From an uncultured Alphaproteobacteria bacterium (GTDB lineage: Bacteria; Pseudomonadota; Alphaproteobacteria; CAAGCB01; CAG-977): DNA of 57,359 nt. The stretch lies in contig CALXTY010000002.1 in the NCBI GenBank assembly GCA_944391535.1, forward strand, positions 1 to 57,359, in the 5' to 3' direction. Each line of letters opens with the position of its first letter. Positions within the stretch are counted from its first letter, which is position 1. The notes under the pieces were generated by a model. The model had not been told where the DNA came from. It saw only the letters and a program-made list of their open reading frames with translations, and searched no databases. A program made the translations under genes and the position numbers. Shown here one piece after another: positions 22,056-30,671 of the stretch.

Positions 22056-23190
22056 AACAAAAGGCGGCGGAGTTTTCTTCGCCGCTTTTTGGCTTTTTTC
22101 GTTTGGCGCGGTCGCGGAAACCGAATATGAACAAAAGGTCGTTTTCGATCGCGTGTCTTTGGTGATAGCGGCGGAAAACAACGCGTCCCCCTCTTCGGCG
22201 ATGGGACATTCTTTTTTAAAGATTTCGGGAAACGGATACGAATACGCTTTCAGTTATTACGCCGTTTTGAACGGAGCCGCTTCCTATTTGAAAACGTTGG
22301 CAGGAAAAGCCGAAGGCGCTTATGTGCTGTCGCCTTATTCTCAAAAAGCCGCCGAATATTTGCTGTCGGAAAACAGGTCTTTGTGGGAATTTGAATTGGA
22401 CTTGAACGATGCGGAAAAACGGCTGTTGAAAAAACGCGTGAAAGAAAAGAAAAATAAACAAGAAGCATATTCTTTTGTTTTTCATAACTGTAACACGGCA
22501 TTGGAAAACTTGTTGTCTTCGGTCAACGGCGATTTTAAATATCATCGCAAAAAACCTTTTACGACACCGGTCGAATACGCTCAATTTCTTAATCGGCAAG
22601 AAAAAATAAGAAAAATTTCTTTTATAAGGTCTCCCGTTCAAAAAAAAGAGGAACTGAAAAATATCTTGAAAGCCAAACCGCCGTCACGATTGGCGATTGA
22701 AACGGGATATTTTGAATTTTCTCCGGTGTATCAGGACTTAAGAAGCGTTTCGGACGCTTATAATGCGGAAATGGAAACGAAAATGTTGTCTTTCCGCTTT
22801 TCGATCAAAGACAAAGCGCGCTTGGATCGGCTGGATTTGTTGACGCTGTTTTCCGTTCGATCTTTGTCAAAGTATCTTCGTATCGGATACGAACAAGGCT
22901 GGCTGAGCGAATTCGGTCTTGGCGGCGGATATAGGAAAAACGGCTTTTCCGTTTATGCTTTGGCGGTGGGCGGCGGACGTGAAAGCAGAGCTTTTATCGG
23001 TGCAAGAGCGGGGATTGTACAACGATTTTCCGATAAAGCCAAACTCGTTCTGTCCTATGAAACGACAACGGATAAAAAAACGTTTTCGGCTTGGCTCTGT
23101 ATTTTTAAAAAAATAAAAGCCAAGTTCGTTTGTTTTCAACGACTTGGCTCTCAGAGTGGCTGGGGCGGCTGGACTCGAACCAGCGAATGA
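22039..23190 (+). CDS. DUF4105-like periplasmic protein (start at ATG 22039; 3' end runs into tRNA-Gln on the opposite strand)
   Basis: Signal-like N-terminus and the AMGHSFLKISG motif typical of DUF4105/Lnb N-terminal domain. No stop codon until 23190. Confidence 0.5.
   Translation: MAVNNKTKGGGVFFAAFWLFSFGAVAETEYEQKVVFDRVSLVIAAENNASPSSAMGHSFLKISGNGYEYAFSYYAVLNGAASYLKTLAGKAEGAYVLSPYSQKAAEYLLSENRSLWEFELDLNDAEKRLLKKRVKEKKNKQEAYSFVFHNCNTALENLLSSVNGDFKYHRKKPFTTPVEYAQFLNRQEKIRKISFIRSPVQKKEELKNILKAKPPSRLAIETGYFEFSPVYQDLRSVSDAYNAEMETKMLSFRFSIKDKARLDRLDLLTLFSVRSLSKYLRIGYEQGWLSEFGLGGGYRKNGFSVYALAVGGGRESRAFIGARAGIVQRFSDKAKLVLSYETTTDKKTFSAWLCIFKKIKAKFVCFQRLGSQSGWGGWTRTSE
23107..23149 (-). terminator. 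intrinsic terminator downstream of tRNA-Gln
   Basis: On the minus strand: AGCCAAGTCG...CGAACTTGGCT hairpin followed by TTTTATTTTTT. Confidence 0.7.
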
Positions 23191-23231
23191 CGGAGTCAAA
23201 GTCCGTTGCCTTACCGCTTGGCTACGCCCCA
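23157..23231 (-). tRNA. tRNA-Gln (anticodon UUG), CCA encoded
   Basis: Minus-strand sequence TGGGGCGTAGCCAAGCGGTAAGGCAACGGACTTTGACTCCGTCATTCGCTGGTTCGAGTCCAGCCGCCCCAGCCA folds as a cloverleaf and is close to E. coli tRNA-Gln. Confidence 0.9.
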
Positions 23232-23342
23232 ACGGGAATATGAATAAGTAATCTTTTTTTGCTCCTTTCGTCAAGAGATTTATTTCATGATTTAAATTTT
23301 CGTTGTTTTTTTGCTGAAATGGGCTATTGTGTTGCATATCTT

Positions 23343-23419
23343 GCGCCCGTAGCTCAGCTGGATAGAGTATCGGCCTCCGACGCCGAGGGTCGTGGGTTCG
23401 AATCCCGCCGGGCGCACCA
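23343..23419 (+). tRNA. tRNA-Arg (anticodon CCG), CCA encoded
   Basis: GCGCCCGTAGCTCAGCTGGATAGAGTATCGGCCTCCGACGCCGAGGGTCGTGGGTTCGAATCCCGCCGGGCGCACCA. Anticodon loop is CTCCGAC. Confidence 0.9.
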
Positions 23420-23423
23420 ATAG

Positions 23424-23452
23424 TAAAAAATCCCCATTTTGGGGATTTTTTT
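23424..23452 (+). terminator. intrinsic terminator after tRNA-Arg
   Basis: AAAAAATCCCC-ATTT-TGGGGATTTTTTT. Confidence 0.8.
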
Positions 23453-23567
23453 AGTGCGCGAGGCGTGGATGAGAGTCCACGACGAGTGGGTTCGGGGAGC
23501 GAAGCGAACGACGCCTTCAGGCGATCCCGTTAGGGACGAAGAGCGCCAGCGATGAGCAATCCCGCCG

Positions 23568-23610
23568 GGCGCACCAATAGTAAAAAATCCCCGAAAAGGG
23601 GATTTTTTAG
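23568..23610 (+). repeat. second copy of the tRNA-Arg 3' end (19 nt incl. CCA) plus its terminator; direct repeat of 23401-23452
   Basis: AATCCCGCCGGGCGCACCAATAGTAAAAAATCCCC is identical in both copies. The hairpin loops differ (ATTTT vs GAAAA). Confidence 0.85.
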
Positions 23611-23825
23611 TCTGCCGGGTACTGTTTCATTATCGGTTATGCTTGATGATGAAACAGTACCCTTTTTATCGCAGGCAGTTCGCGTTGGTAAGGTGAGTGT
23701 CTTTCAAACAACTTGATTAACTGTCATTCAGAATAGGAAATAAACAACAATATTGCTGTGTCGAAAGACACACTGTTTGGAATATTTTTTCTTATACGTC
23801 GGAAAAAAGAAATATGCACTTTTTG

Positions 23826-24575
23826 TCAGGATAAAATATCGGCATTCTGCTCTAATAATTTAAAAGCTTCCAAAGCGGTTAATATTTCGTTTTTTTCGCC
23901 TTTTGTTGTTGCCGATTCTCCGTCAACGTAATCGCCGATGCTGTCGGCCGTATCCGTTCCGCAGATCACGACATTATTTAAAATTGAAGCCGTTTTTATG
24001 CCGCGTAACCGTCCGATTGTAAATAAAGCCGCTGTTTCCATGTCGGCGCAAAGAACGCCTTTTTTCGCCCAAAAGCGTTTTTGATCTTCGTTATCGTCGA
24101 TATAAAAACTTTCATGAGAATGAATGATGCCGATGTGGTGGGGAATGTTATTTTGTTTTACGCTTTTCAGGCAGGCGTTTAACAATTCCGTGTCGGCAAC
24201 GGCGGGATAACGCAAATCAACGTAAGCTTGAGAAGCTCCGTCATCTCGGACGGCTCCGGCGGCTAAAATCAGATCTCCCAAGCGTATGTTTGATTGCATG
24301 GCACCGCAGGAGCCGATTCTGATCATCGCTTTAACGCCGATCCGGGCGAGTTCTTCAATGGCGATTCCCGCCGAACAACCTCCGATCCCCGTTGAAACCG
24401 CAAGAACGCGAACGTCTTTGTATGTTCCCGAAACACTGCGAAATTCGCGATTGAAAGCCAATTCTTTAACGTCTGTCAAAAAAGGAATGATCCGATCAAT
24501 GCGAGCCGGATCTCCCGGTAATATGGCATAGGAAGCCGTTGAAGTTTCATCAATTCTGATATGAGGCTGCATCAT
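23826..24575 (-). CDS. nucleoside phosphorylase, uridine phosphorylase-like (PNP/UDP family 1)
   Basis: 249 aa with LPGDPARIDRI, VSTGIGGCSAGIAIEEL, RIGSCGA and CADMETAALF blocks. Confidence 0.75.
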   Translation of the reverse strand: MMQPHIRIDETSTASYAILPGDPARIDRIIPFLTDVKELAFNREFRSVSGTYKDVRVLAVSTGIGGCSAGIAIEELARIGVKAMIRIGSCGAMQSNIRLGDLILAAGAVRDDGASQAYVDLRYPAVADTELLNACLKSVKQNNIPHHIGIIHSHESFYIDDNEDQKRFWAKKGVLCADMETAALFTIGRLRGIKTASILNNVVICGTDTADSIGDYVDGESATTKGEKNEILTALEAFKLLEQNADILS

Positions 24576-24589
24576 TTTTTATTCCTGAT

Positions 24590-25078
24590 TTAACCGGCTT
24601 TTACAATGGATTTTTTTTGGCACGAAGAAACATGCATACGATTGATTTTGGCTTTTAATTTCCTGATCTTTTCCGGTATTTCACTGTCGGGCAGATTTTT
24701 TACGGCCTCGACGCTGCCCAGTTCCAAAGCCATATCATAAAACCAACATTTATAAGTCAGCATATCTAATGTGTTTTGCAAAGCTTTAATATCTTCCTCG
24801 ACGCATTCTTTCTGATCATAGAACATTTTGCGCCGTTCTTGTATGGTTGTGTCCCCTTGGATAAACAGATCAATATAACGTTTGATGTCTTTGATTTGTA
24901 ATCCGCTGGCTTTCAGGCATTCGATCAAACGCAACCATTCCAGATCCGTATCTTGAAATTTACGGATTCCTCCGTTGCCGCGATTAACAAAAGGCAAAAG
25001 GCCTTCTTTATCGTAATAACGCAATGTCGGAGCCGGAAGCCCTGTTTTTTCTGAAACATCGCCGATCGTGTATAACAT
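24590..25078 (-). CDS. MerR family transcriptional regulator
   Basis: N-terminal HTH YTIGDVSEKTGLPAPTLRYYDKEGLL. Confidence 0.85.
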   Translation of the reverse strand: MLYTIGDVSEKTGLPAPTLRYYDKEGLLPFVNRGNGGIRKFQDTDLEWLRLIECLKASGLQIKDIKRYIDLFIQGDTTIQERRKMFYDQKECVEEDIKALQNTLDMLTYKCWFYDMALELGSVEAVKNLPDSEIPEKIRKLKAKINRMHVSSCQKKSIVKAG

Positions 25079-25092
25079 GAGAGTTGTTTCCC

Positions 25093-25108
25093 TTAAAGTT
25101 AACTTTAA
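25093..25108. promoter_or_regulatory. perfect 16-bp palindrome TTAAAGTTAACTTTAA upstream of the merR-like gene (candidate operator)
   Basis: Seen directly. Lies 15 nt upstream of the merR start codon. Confidence 0.35.
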
Positions 25109-25168
25109 ATTTTAAAAAGGGTACTCTTCATTTATTTGATTTTCAATAAGAATATTGAATGAACACTT

Positions 25169-25432
25169 TCAAATTAAGACGGGTGCAAGGTTTTCCGTTT
25201 TGAGCAGTTCCAATTTTTGAGCCGTGATCAAAGCTTCGATTCTGTTTTTGACGTTTAGGCGCAAATACAGTCCTGTCAAATGCAGTTTGATTGTTGAAAC
25301 GGATAATCCCATTCTATAGGCGATTTCTTTATTTTGGTATCCTCTGGCCAAGTAAAATAAAACTTCTTGTTGTTTGGGGGTGATTGACATTCGCCTGTGT
25401 TTGATTTCTATCATATTAAGGTTTTCTTTCAT
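25169..25432 (-). CDS. stand-alone LuxR/GerE-type HTH regulator (88 aa)
   Basis: LTPKQQEVLFYLARGYQNKEIAYRMGLSVSTIKLHLTGLYLRLNV. Start moved to ATG 25432, which is preceded by AGGAGA. Confidence 0.75.
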   Translation of the reverse strand: MKENLNMIEIKHRRMSITPKQQEVLFYLARGYQNKEIAYRMGLSVSTIKLHLTGLYLRLNVKNRIEALITAQKLELLKTENLAPVLI

Positions 25433-25628
25433 TTTTCTCTCCTTTTCATCTATTGATTGTTGTTTACGATAGCATAAAAAATAAAACGTGTCCACAATCT
25501 TGGCGTGTATAAAAATATTTATCTGCGATGAATTTTTGCAGAAGCGATCAATTAAGGAAGGGGGGCAACAGTTGTTTTTTTATTCGAATTTTTGTGGACT
25601 GAAAAAAAACTGAAAAGAAAAAATCATC

Positions 25629-25669
25629 TTTACATTTGTTCTAAAATATTTTATAAGCTTTTGCAAAAG
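25629..25669 (+). promoter_or_regulatory. putative sigma70 promoter (TTTACA-17-TATAAG) with an adjacent 12-bp palindrome CTTTTGCAAAAG, upstream of the rubrerythrin gene
   Basis: Hexamers and spacing read directly. The palindrome 25658-25669 abuts the -10 and may be an operator. Confidence 0.4.
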
Positions 25670-25696
25670 ATGCATTTATTTTGAAAGGGATGAAAA

Positions 25697-26233
25697 ATGA
25701 AATATGTATGCACAGTTTGCGGGCAAATTATTGAAGCTGATGAAATGCCCGAAGTTTGTCCGGTTTGCAAAGCGACGACATTCAAAGTTGTTGATGAATC
25801 TGCAAAAGTTTATGCCGACGAACATCGTGTGGGTTCGGCCAAAGGATTGGACGAACGTGTTGTTGCCGGTTTGCGTGAACATTTTACGGGTGAATGTTGC
25901 GAAGTCGGGATGTATTTGGCGATGTCGCGTCAGGCGGACAGGGAAGGTTACCCTGAAATTGCCGAAGCGTTCAAACGTTATGCTTTTGAAGAAGCCGAAC
26001 ATGCCGCCAAGTTTGCGGAACTGTTAGGGGAAGTCGTTACGGATTCCACCAAAAAGAATGTGGAAATGCGTGCCGCCGCGGAATTCGGCGCTTGTGAAGG
26101 TAAGTTGAAAATTGCCAAACTGGCGAAAGAATTGGGCTATGATGCCGTTCATGACACGGTTCATGAAATGTGCAAAGACGAAGCCAGACACGGTAAAGGT
26201 TTTGACGGTCTGTATAACAGATATTTCAAATAA
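25697..26233 (+). CDS. rubrerythrin with N-terminal rubredoxin-like domain (reverse rubrerythrin architecture)
   Basis: N-terminal CTVCG...CPVCK. Ferritin-like diiron motifs EEAEHAAKF and DEARHGKGF. Confidence 0.85.
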   Translation: MKYVCTVCGQIIEADEMPEVCPVCKATTFKVVDESAKVYADEHRVGSAKGLDERVVAGLREHFTGECCEVGMYLAMSRQADREGYPEIAEAFKRYAFEEAEHAAKFAELLGEVVTDSTKKNVEMRAAAEFGACEGKLKIAKLAKELGYDAVHDTVHEMCKDEARHGKGFDGLYNRYFK

Positions 26234-26240
26234 CGGAAAA

Positions 26241-26267
26241 GGGAAGGTGAAAACCTTCCTTTTTTTT
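26241..26267. terminator. intrinsic terminator after the rubrerythrin gene (convergent with the DUF4139 gene)
   Basis: GGAAGG-TGAAAA-CCTTCC followed by T7. Confidence 0.7.
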
Positions 26268-27978
26268 ACATTTCCGTCAAGGTTCTGTCTTTAGGCCACG
26301 AAACGGAATATCCGTAATTGATTTCTTTCTTTTCTTGGGGTTGATAAACGCTTTCCCATTTAATCAATCCGATTTTATCGTTAGGTGATTGGATATATCC
26401 TTGAGTGGTTTTGTCTTTAATGATTTTAACGGCGATATCGCTGTTTCTGGATACGGGAATTTGTTCGAAAACAGAGATTTTGATCGGTTGCAGATGCAGG
26501 TTTTGAACGCTTGTTTTAGACAGGACGTCTTTTCTGGTTTCGCGTGAAATGACACCGCCTTCGGTTGTTTCTCCGCCCAGAGGCGTATAGGTGACGCGTA
26601 TTTTTTCGTCTTGTCCGAAAGCCAGATGCATTTTTTCATTCGGTCGTAACAGATCCATATACGAATTTCCGATAAAGGCGCCGTCACGGAACAACGCAAT
26701 ATTGCCGGGTAAAAGAGGCAGGTCGGCGTTAAAGACCAGAGAAGCGATCAGATAGGCGGAAGGATCTGCCGCCGGATAGATTTCCGCGCGGATTTCGGCG
26801 GGTGTCAAATAATTTCCGATATTGAACCGGTATTCGGATCCGTCCGAAGGCACATTGGATAATCCTTTAATGGCGAAAACACCCGAAAATTCAGTGCCGA
26901 CGGCAGTCGCGCTTGATATTTCTGCATTGATTTCTTCTTCTGCAAGCCCTGATCCCGCTACGGCCATCGTATCAAAAGCGGCGCTTTCCCGAACGGCAAA
27001 ATTTGTCGTTAAAGATTTCATCGGCAAAATATCTTGTTTTGCTTGCTTCACATATGCGTAGTCGAGTTGTTCTTTTTGTCTCAGGTTCAACCAAAGAGTC
27101 GGCAACGTCGGCGGTTGCATGTTAACGGACGGCTGAGCCGTTGACAATGTCAAGATGACGTTATTCCAGTCTTCTCCGGTTTTTTGAGCGATATTGCCGT
27201 ATTGAATGATGTTAACGGTTTCATCGGCGGAATCCAATCTGGCTTCATACAAAGGATTCCAATACGCTCCGGCAATTTGGTACTGCAAAACGACACTGGC
27301 TTTTGTCGGTTTTTCCGTTTCCACATTGACGCGGATTTGTTTATAACTTTTTTTACCGGTGGATATTTCTCTGAGTTGGTTCATCAAAGCGGAAATATCG
27401 TTATCCAAAGAACGGATTTTGATTTGCTTTTCGATTGCTTCGCGTCCTAAGGAATTCATACCGTTTTGAATGGTTTGCCATGCGTTTTTCCACTGATCCG
27501 GCAAAAAGCTTTGTGATCCGTTTTGATTTTGTCCGATCGCGGCGGGAGGAGTTCTGGTCAGATTTTCCAAAAAAGCCTTTCCCGTGTCGGCGGCTTTGAT
27601 TTGCGCTTCAATGAAACGTTTTTGATCGCGCAGGGCGGCGATTTTATCTTGAATTTTCTTTTCTTCGGCAACGGCGAGATCCGCTGTAAAGATTTGTTTT
27701 GTTTCAACGGAACCGATCGTAAAGGGCTGCGACCCTTTTCCTGAAACCCTCAAAGAATCCGTCATCAATCCGGCGGGCAGACTATTAAAGACCAAGGTAT
27801 GCTTTCCGGCGGGAATAGTGATGTCGGCAGATCTGGAAACATCGGCGCGATCCGGAAAAACGGTGACGGCGTAAATGCTTGACGAAGCATCAATATCGTC
27901 GGCGTATGCGGCGGAACAGACAAAGGCGGATAAGAGAAGCAGGTGAACTTTTTTCATGGCGGTATTCCTATTTTTCAA
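26266..27978 (-). CDS. DUF4139/DUF4140 (MuiA-like) secreted protein
   Basis: Signal peptide. N-terminal VTVFPDRADVSRSADITIPAGKHTLVFNSLPAGLMTDSLRVSGKG is typical of DUF4140. Coiled-coil middle region, 570 aa. Confidence 0.7.
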   Translation of the reverse strand: MKNRNTAMKKVHLLLLSAFVCSAAYADDIDASSSIYAVTVFPDRADVSRSADITIPAGKHTLVFNSLPAGLMTDSLRVSGKGSQPFTIGSVETKQIFTADLAVAEEKKIQDKIAALRDQKRFIEAQIKAADTGKAFLENLTRTPPAAIGQNQNGSQSFLPDQWKNAWQTIQNGMNSLGREAIEKQIKIRSLDNDISALMNQLREISTGKKSYKQIRVNVETEKPTKASVVLQYQIAGAYWNPLYEARLDSADETVNIIQYGNIAQKTGEDWNNVILTLSTAQPSVNMQPPTLPTLWLNLRQKEQLDYAYVKQAKQDILPMKSLTTNFAVRESAAFDTMAVAGSGLAEEEINAEISSATAVGTEFSGVFAIKGLSNVPSDGSEYRFNIGNYLTPAEIRAEIYPAADPSAYLIASLVFNADLPLLPGNIALFRDGAFIGNSYMDLLRPNEKMHLAFGQDEKIRVTYTPLGGETTEGGVISRETRKDVLSKTSVQNLHLQPIKISVFEQIPVSRNSDIAVKIIKDKTTQGYIQSPNDKIGLIKWESVYQPQEKKEINYGYSVSWPKDRTLTEM

Positions 27979-29008
27979 AAGAAGGGGCTGTGATCAAGCC
28001 GCCGTCTTTGGTTAATTTGTTTGCGGTGCGGTTAAGCTTCAGCACGGATTTATCGCCCAATCCTCTTTGATAGATTTCGGCGTAATTTCCGCGTTCCGCC
28101 AATGCCCGATAGATCCAGCCGGCGTCCAATCCGATTTTGTCGGCGATTTTTTTATTCTGTCCCAACAAGTTTTGAATTTCAGGATCTTCGGTGTTTTGGA
28201 AATCTTCGATGTTTTGGGAGGAAATGCCTTTTTCTTCGGCTTTAATGACGGCATAAATCAACCAGCGCAGAATTTTAAACAAGTCGGGGTCGTCGTTGCG
28301 GATATACGGGCCTGACGGGTAAGTTCGCACGATTTCCGGCAAAACGACCAGATCGATACCGTCGGGGCTGTTTTTGAAATAGTCCGAGTGAAGCGTTTCC
28401 AGTCGGGCAAAGATCAGATCGCAGCGTTTAAGGTAGAGCAATTCTTTTGCTCTGGTTAAAGAGGGGGCTTTCATCAATCTCATATCCAATTGATAGCGTT
28501 GATTGAAAGCGTTGAATTCCTGCAGCAGGAAAGGCGTGCTTTCGACGCAGACTTTTGCCCCCTGATAGTCTTTCATCGAAGAGGCTTCGGGATTGTAATG
28601 TCCGATGAACGCCAAGGCCGAATAATAGAAAACGGCGGGGAACACGGCGTTAGAAGTCAATTCTTGTTCCATCGTCCAAGGGGTCGCGGCATTTAAGATG
28701 TCGATTTGCCCGTTTTCCAATAAATTGAAACCGTTTTCCTGATTAACGGGAACGATTTGAACGGCTTCGGGACGTCCCAAGACGGCGGATGCAACCAATC
28801 GACAGATTTCAACGTCAATTCCGTTCCATTCTTTGTCTTTTTGATATGCGAACGCTCCTGCGGTTGTTCTGGCTCCGCAACGAACGATTCCGGTTTGTTT
28901 GATTCGATTTAATGTGGTTCCGGCTTGAACGGTCAACGGGTGAAGCAAGAAAAAAGCAAAGCAGAATAAAAAAGAAAGACGCATGAGAAAATCCGGTAAG
29001 CTAAACAA
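27968..29008 (-). CDS. periplasmic solute-binding protein, amino-acid ABC type (family 3); no cognate permease or ATPase in the window
   Basis: Signal peptide with SBP_bac_3-like pattern (LNRIKQTGIVRCG..., DILNAATPWT). It overlaps the downstream DUF4139 gene by 11 nt. Confidence 0.6.
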   Translation of the reverse strand: MFSLPDFLMRLSFLFCFAFFLLHPLTVQAGTTLNRIKQTGIVRCGARTTAGAFAYQKDKEWNGIDVEICRLVASAVLGRPEAVQIVPVNQENGFNLLENGQIDILNAATPWTMEQELTSNAVFPAVFYYSALAFIGHYNPEASSMKDYQGAKVCVESTPFLLQEFNAFNQRYQLDMRLMKAPSLTRAKELLYLKRCDLIFARLETLHSDYFKNSPDGIDLVVLPEIVRTYPSGPYIRNDDPDLFKILRWLIYAVIKAEEKGISSQNIEDFQNTEDPEIQNLLGQNKKIADKIGLDAGWIYRALAERGNYAEIYQRGLGDKSVLKLNRTANKLTKDGGLITAPSFEK

Positions 29009-29088
29009 TCGATAAATTAATATACCTTAAAAAAAGGAAGTAGTGTATACTGATTTTACGCTTATAAATTTTTGACAGAAGAAGACAG

Positions 29089-29802
29089 ATGATAAAGAAA
29101 ATATGTTTTTATTTTTTTGTGAGTTTATTTTCGTTTGATGTTTTTGCGCAGACGGTTTCGGCGAAGATTTCTCCGGAAGACTGGCTGATGAACAAAGGCA
29201 AGGAATTGGTAAAAATTCTGTCGGAAGAACAAACCAAGGCGCGCTATGTTAAAATGCGTCGGATTGCAAAGGACGTGTTTAATCAACAAGAGATGTCTCG
29301 TTTGGCGATGGGGCGGTATTGGCGTGATTTTTCCGCCGATCAGCAATCGGCGTTTCAATATTTGTTTTTTGATTATTTTGTTGTGACGTACGGCACTTCG
29401 TCATTGGGGTTGGACAAAGTGGATATAAAAATAGCCGATAAGAAAGCCTCGGGAAAAGATATATTGATCAGTACGCATATTACTGTTGATTTTGCGGGAG
29501 CCGGCGCGCAAAACATTCCCGTTAAAAAACAACAAGACGGGGCATCTTCTTCCGGAGAGGAAAGAAACTATTTCGAAATTTTCTTTGCGTTGCGTCCCAC
29601 CGAAACGGGTTACTACATTCGGGATGCCAAGGTTGAAGGGCAAAGCGTTTTGATGTTTTTGCGCAATCAGTTGGAAAAAGAATTTCAGACTGCGGGATAC
29701 GATCCGAATGAATTGATCGGATCCATGCGGGAAAAAATCAACTTGCGTTATCGTGCGGCGGAAGATATGGCCAAAGCCGAGGAAGAAAAAAACGAAGAAT
29801 AA
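29089..29802 (+). CDS. MlaC/Ttg2D-family phospholipid-binding periplasmic protein
   Basis: Signal peptide and the pattern MSRLAMGRYWRDFSADQQSAFQYLFFDYFVVTYG typical of MlaC. Confidence 0.65.
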   Translation: MIKKICFYFFVSLFSFDVFAQTVSAKISPEDWLMNKGKELVKILSEEQTKARYVKMRRIAKDVFNQQEMSRLAMGRYWRDFSADQQSAFQYLFFDYFVVTYGTSSLGLDKVDIKIADKKASGKDILISTHITVDFAGAGAQNIPVKKQQDGASSSGEERNYFEIFFALRPTETGYYIRDAKVEGQSVLMFLRNQLEKEFQTAGYDPNELIGSMREKINLRYRAAEDMAKAEEEKNEE

Positions 29803-29896
29803 AAATCGCCGATCGGATCTTTGTCGAAAAATATTGACAAAATTTTCAAAAAGACTACCATGTTTTCATTAAAACTTTAAGAGTCGGGAGGTCATT

Positions 29897-30499
29897 ATGG
29901 CTTTAAGTTTGGAACAAAAAACGCAATCGTCGGAAAAAAACAGCAAGTCGGCGGCATTGCTGAATAAGTATTTAACGACGGCCGTACATTTGACACATTC
30001 CGATACGATTTTCGAAGCTCATCGGACACTGTCCGATTATGCGACACGTCCGCAATGGGAAGAAATCAATCCCAAGGACATCAAAGCCAAACGCAAAGAA
30101 ATCAAAGAAGAGTTGAAAGGCTACAGTTTGCGGGACAAGGCGGCTTATTACGGGAACATCAAGGCGGGCGATCATTTTCGTGAGACAATGATTAAAATGG
30201 GTATTGTGGCGACGGCGGCGGTTGTTGCGTCGTCAATTTCTCCGGAATTGGGGCAGGCGGTCGCAGGAGCCTCTTTAATGTATATGGGTTCCAAAGTGGC
30301 GGCTAAAGCCGTGGGTGCGCCGACAACGCCGAAACAGCTGTTTTCCACGCGTGATTATGCGGATTTGAAACACGCGCAGATGGCGTTGCGTAAATTGGCT
30401 CACAGATTGGAAAAGAAAGAAATCGACAACATGAAACGCGAAGCCATGATCAAAGGGGTATACTTTCCGATGGCCGGTCGCGGCGGAATGGGATATTAA
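29897..30499 (+). CDS. hypothetical protein with a central hydrophobic segment
   Basis: 200-aa ORF with RBS GGGAGG upstream and a terminator downstream. No recognisable family. Confidence 0.4.
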   Translation: MALSLEQKTQSSEKNSKSAALLNKYLTTAVHLTHSDTIFEAHRTLSDYATRPQWEEINPKDIKAKRKEIKEELKGYSLRDKAAYYGNIKAGDHFRETMIKMGIVATAAVVASSISPELGQAVAGASLMYMGSKVAAKAVGAPTTPKQLFSTRDYADLKHAQMALRKLAHRLEKKEIDNMKREAMIKGVYFPMAGRGGMGY

Positions 30500-30510
30500 G
30501 AAATCAAAAA

Positions 30511-30535
30511 AGCTCCGGAAACGGAGCTTTTTTTA
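30511..30535 (+). terminator. intrinsic terminator
   Basis: AGCTCCG-GAAA-CGGAGCT plus T-run. Confidence 0.8.
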
Positions 30536-30564
30536 TATAGATCGAATTATCTTTTTTCCGCCTC

Positions 30565-30593
30565 TTGACAAAGGTCGAAGGTGTGCCTATCTT
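30565..30593 (+). promoter_or_regulatory. sigma70-type promoter of groESL (TTGACA-17-TATCTT)
   Basis: Consensus -35, 17-nt spacer, and a -10 directly abutting CIRCE. Confidence 0.7.
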
Positions 30594-30594
30594 G

Positions 30595-30621
30595 TTAGCA
30601 CTCGATGGCGAAGAGTGCTAA
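30595..30621 (+). promoter_or_regulatory. CIRCE operator (HrcA binding site)
   Basis: TTAGCACTC-GATGGCGAA-GAGTGCTAA, a perfect match to TTAGCACTC-N9-GAGTGCTAA. Confidence 0.92.
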
Positions 30622-30671
30622 ACTTTCGTCATGGACATTTAGTTTTCACACATTCAAAAGGGTTGTTTACC

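Noticed and set aside
23455-23567. Possibility that the sequence between the two tRNA-Arg 3' ends is a two-piece (permuted) alphaproteobacterial tmRNA. It contains GCG AAC GAC GCC (A-N-D-A), reminiscent of ANDN tags.
   Set aside because: The reading frame gives ANDAFRRSR-stop, without the hydrophobic (L/V)AA end. I could not find a matching 5' acceptor strand (GGGG...) or pseudoknots. I kept it only as a scar or decayed-tRNA finding. ARAGORN would settle it.
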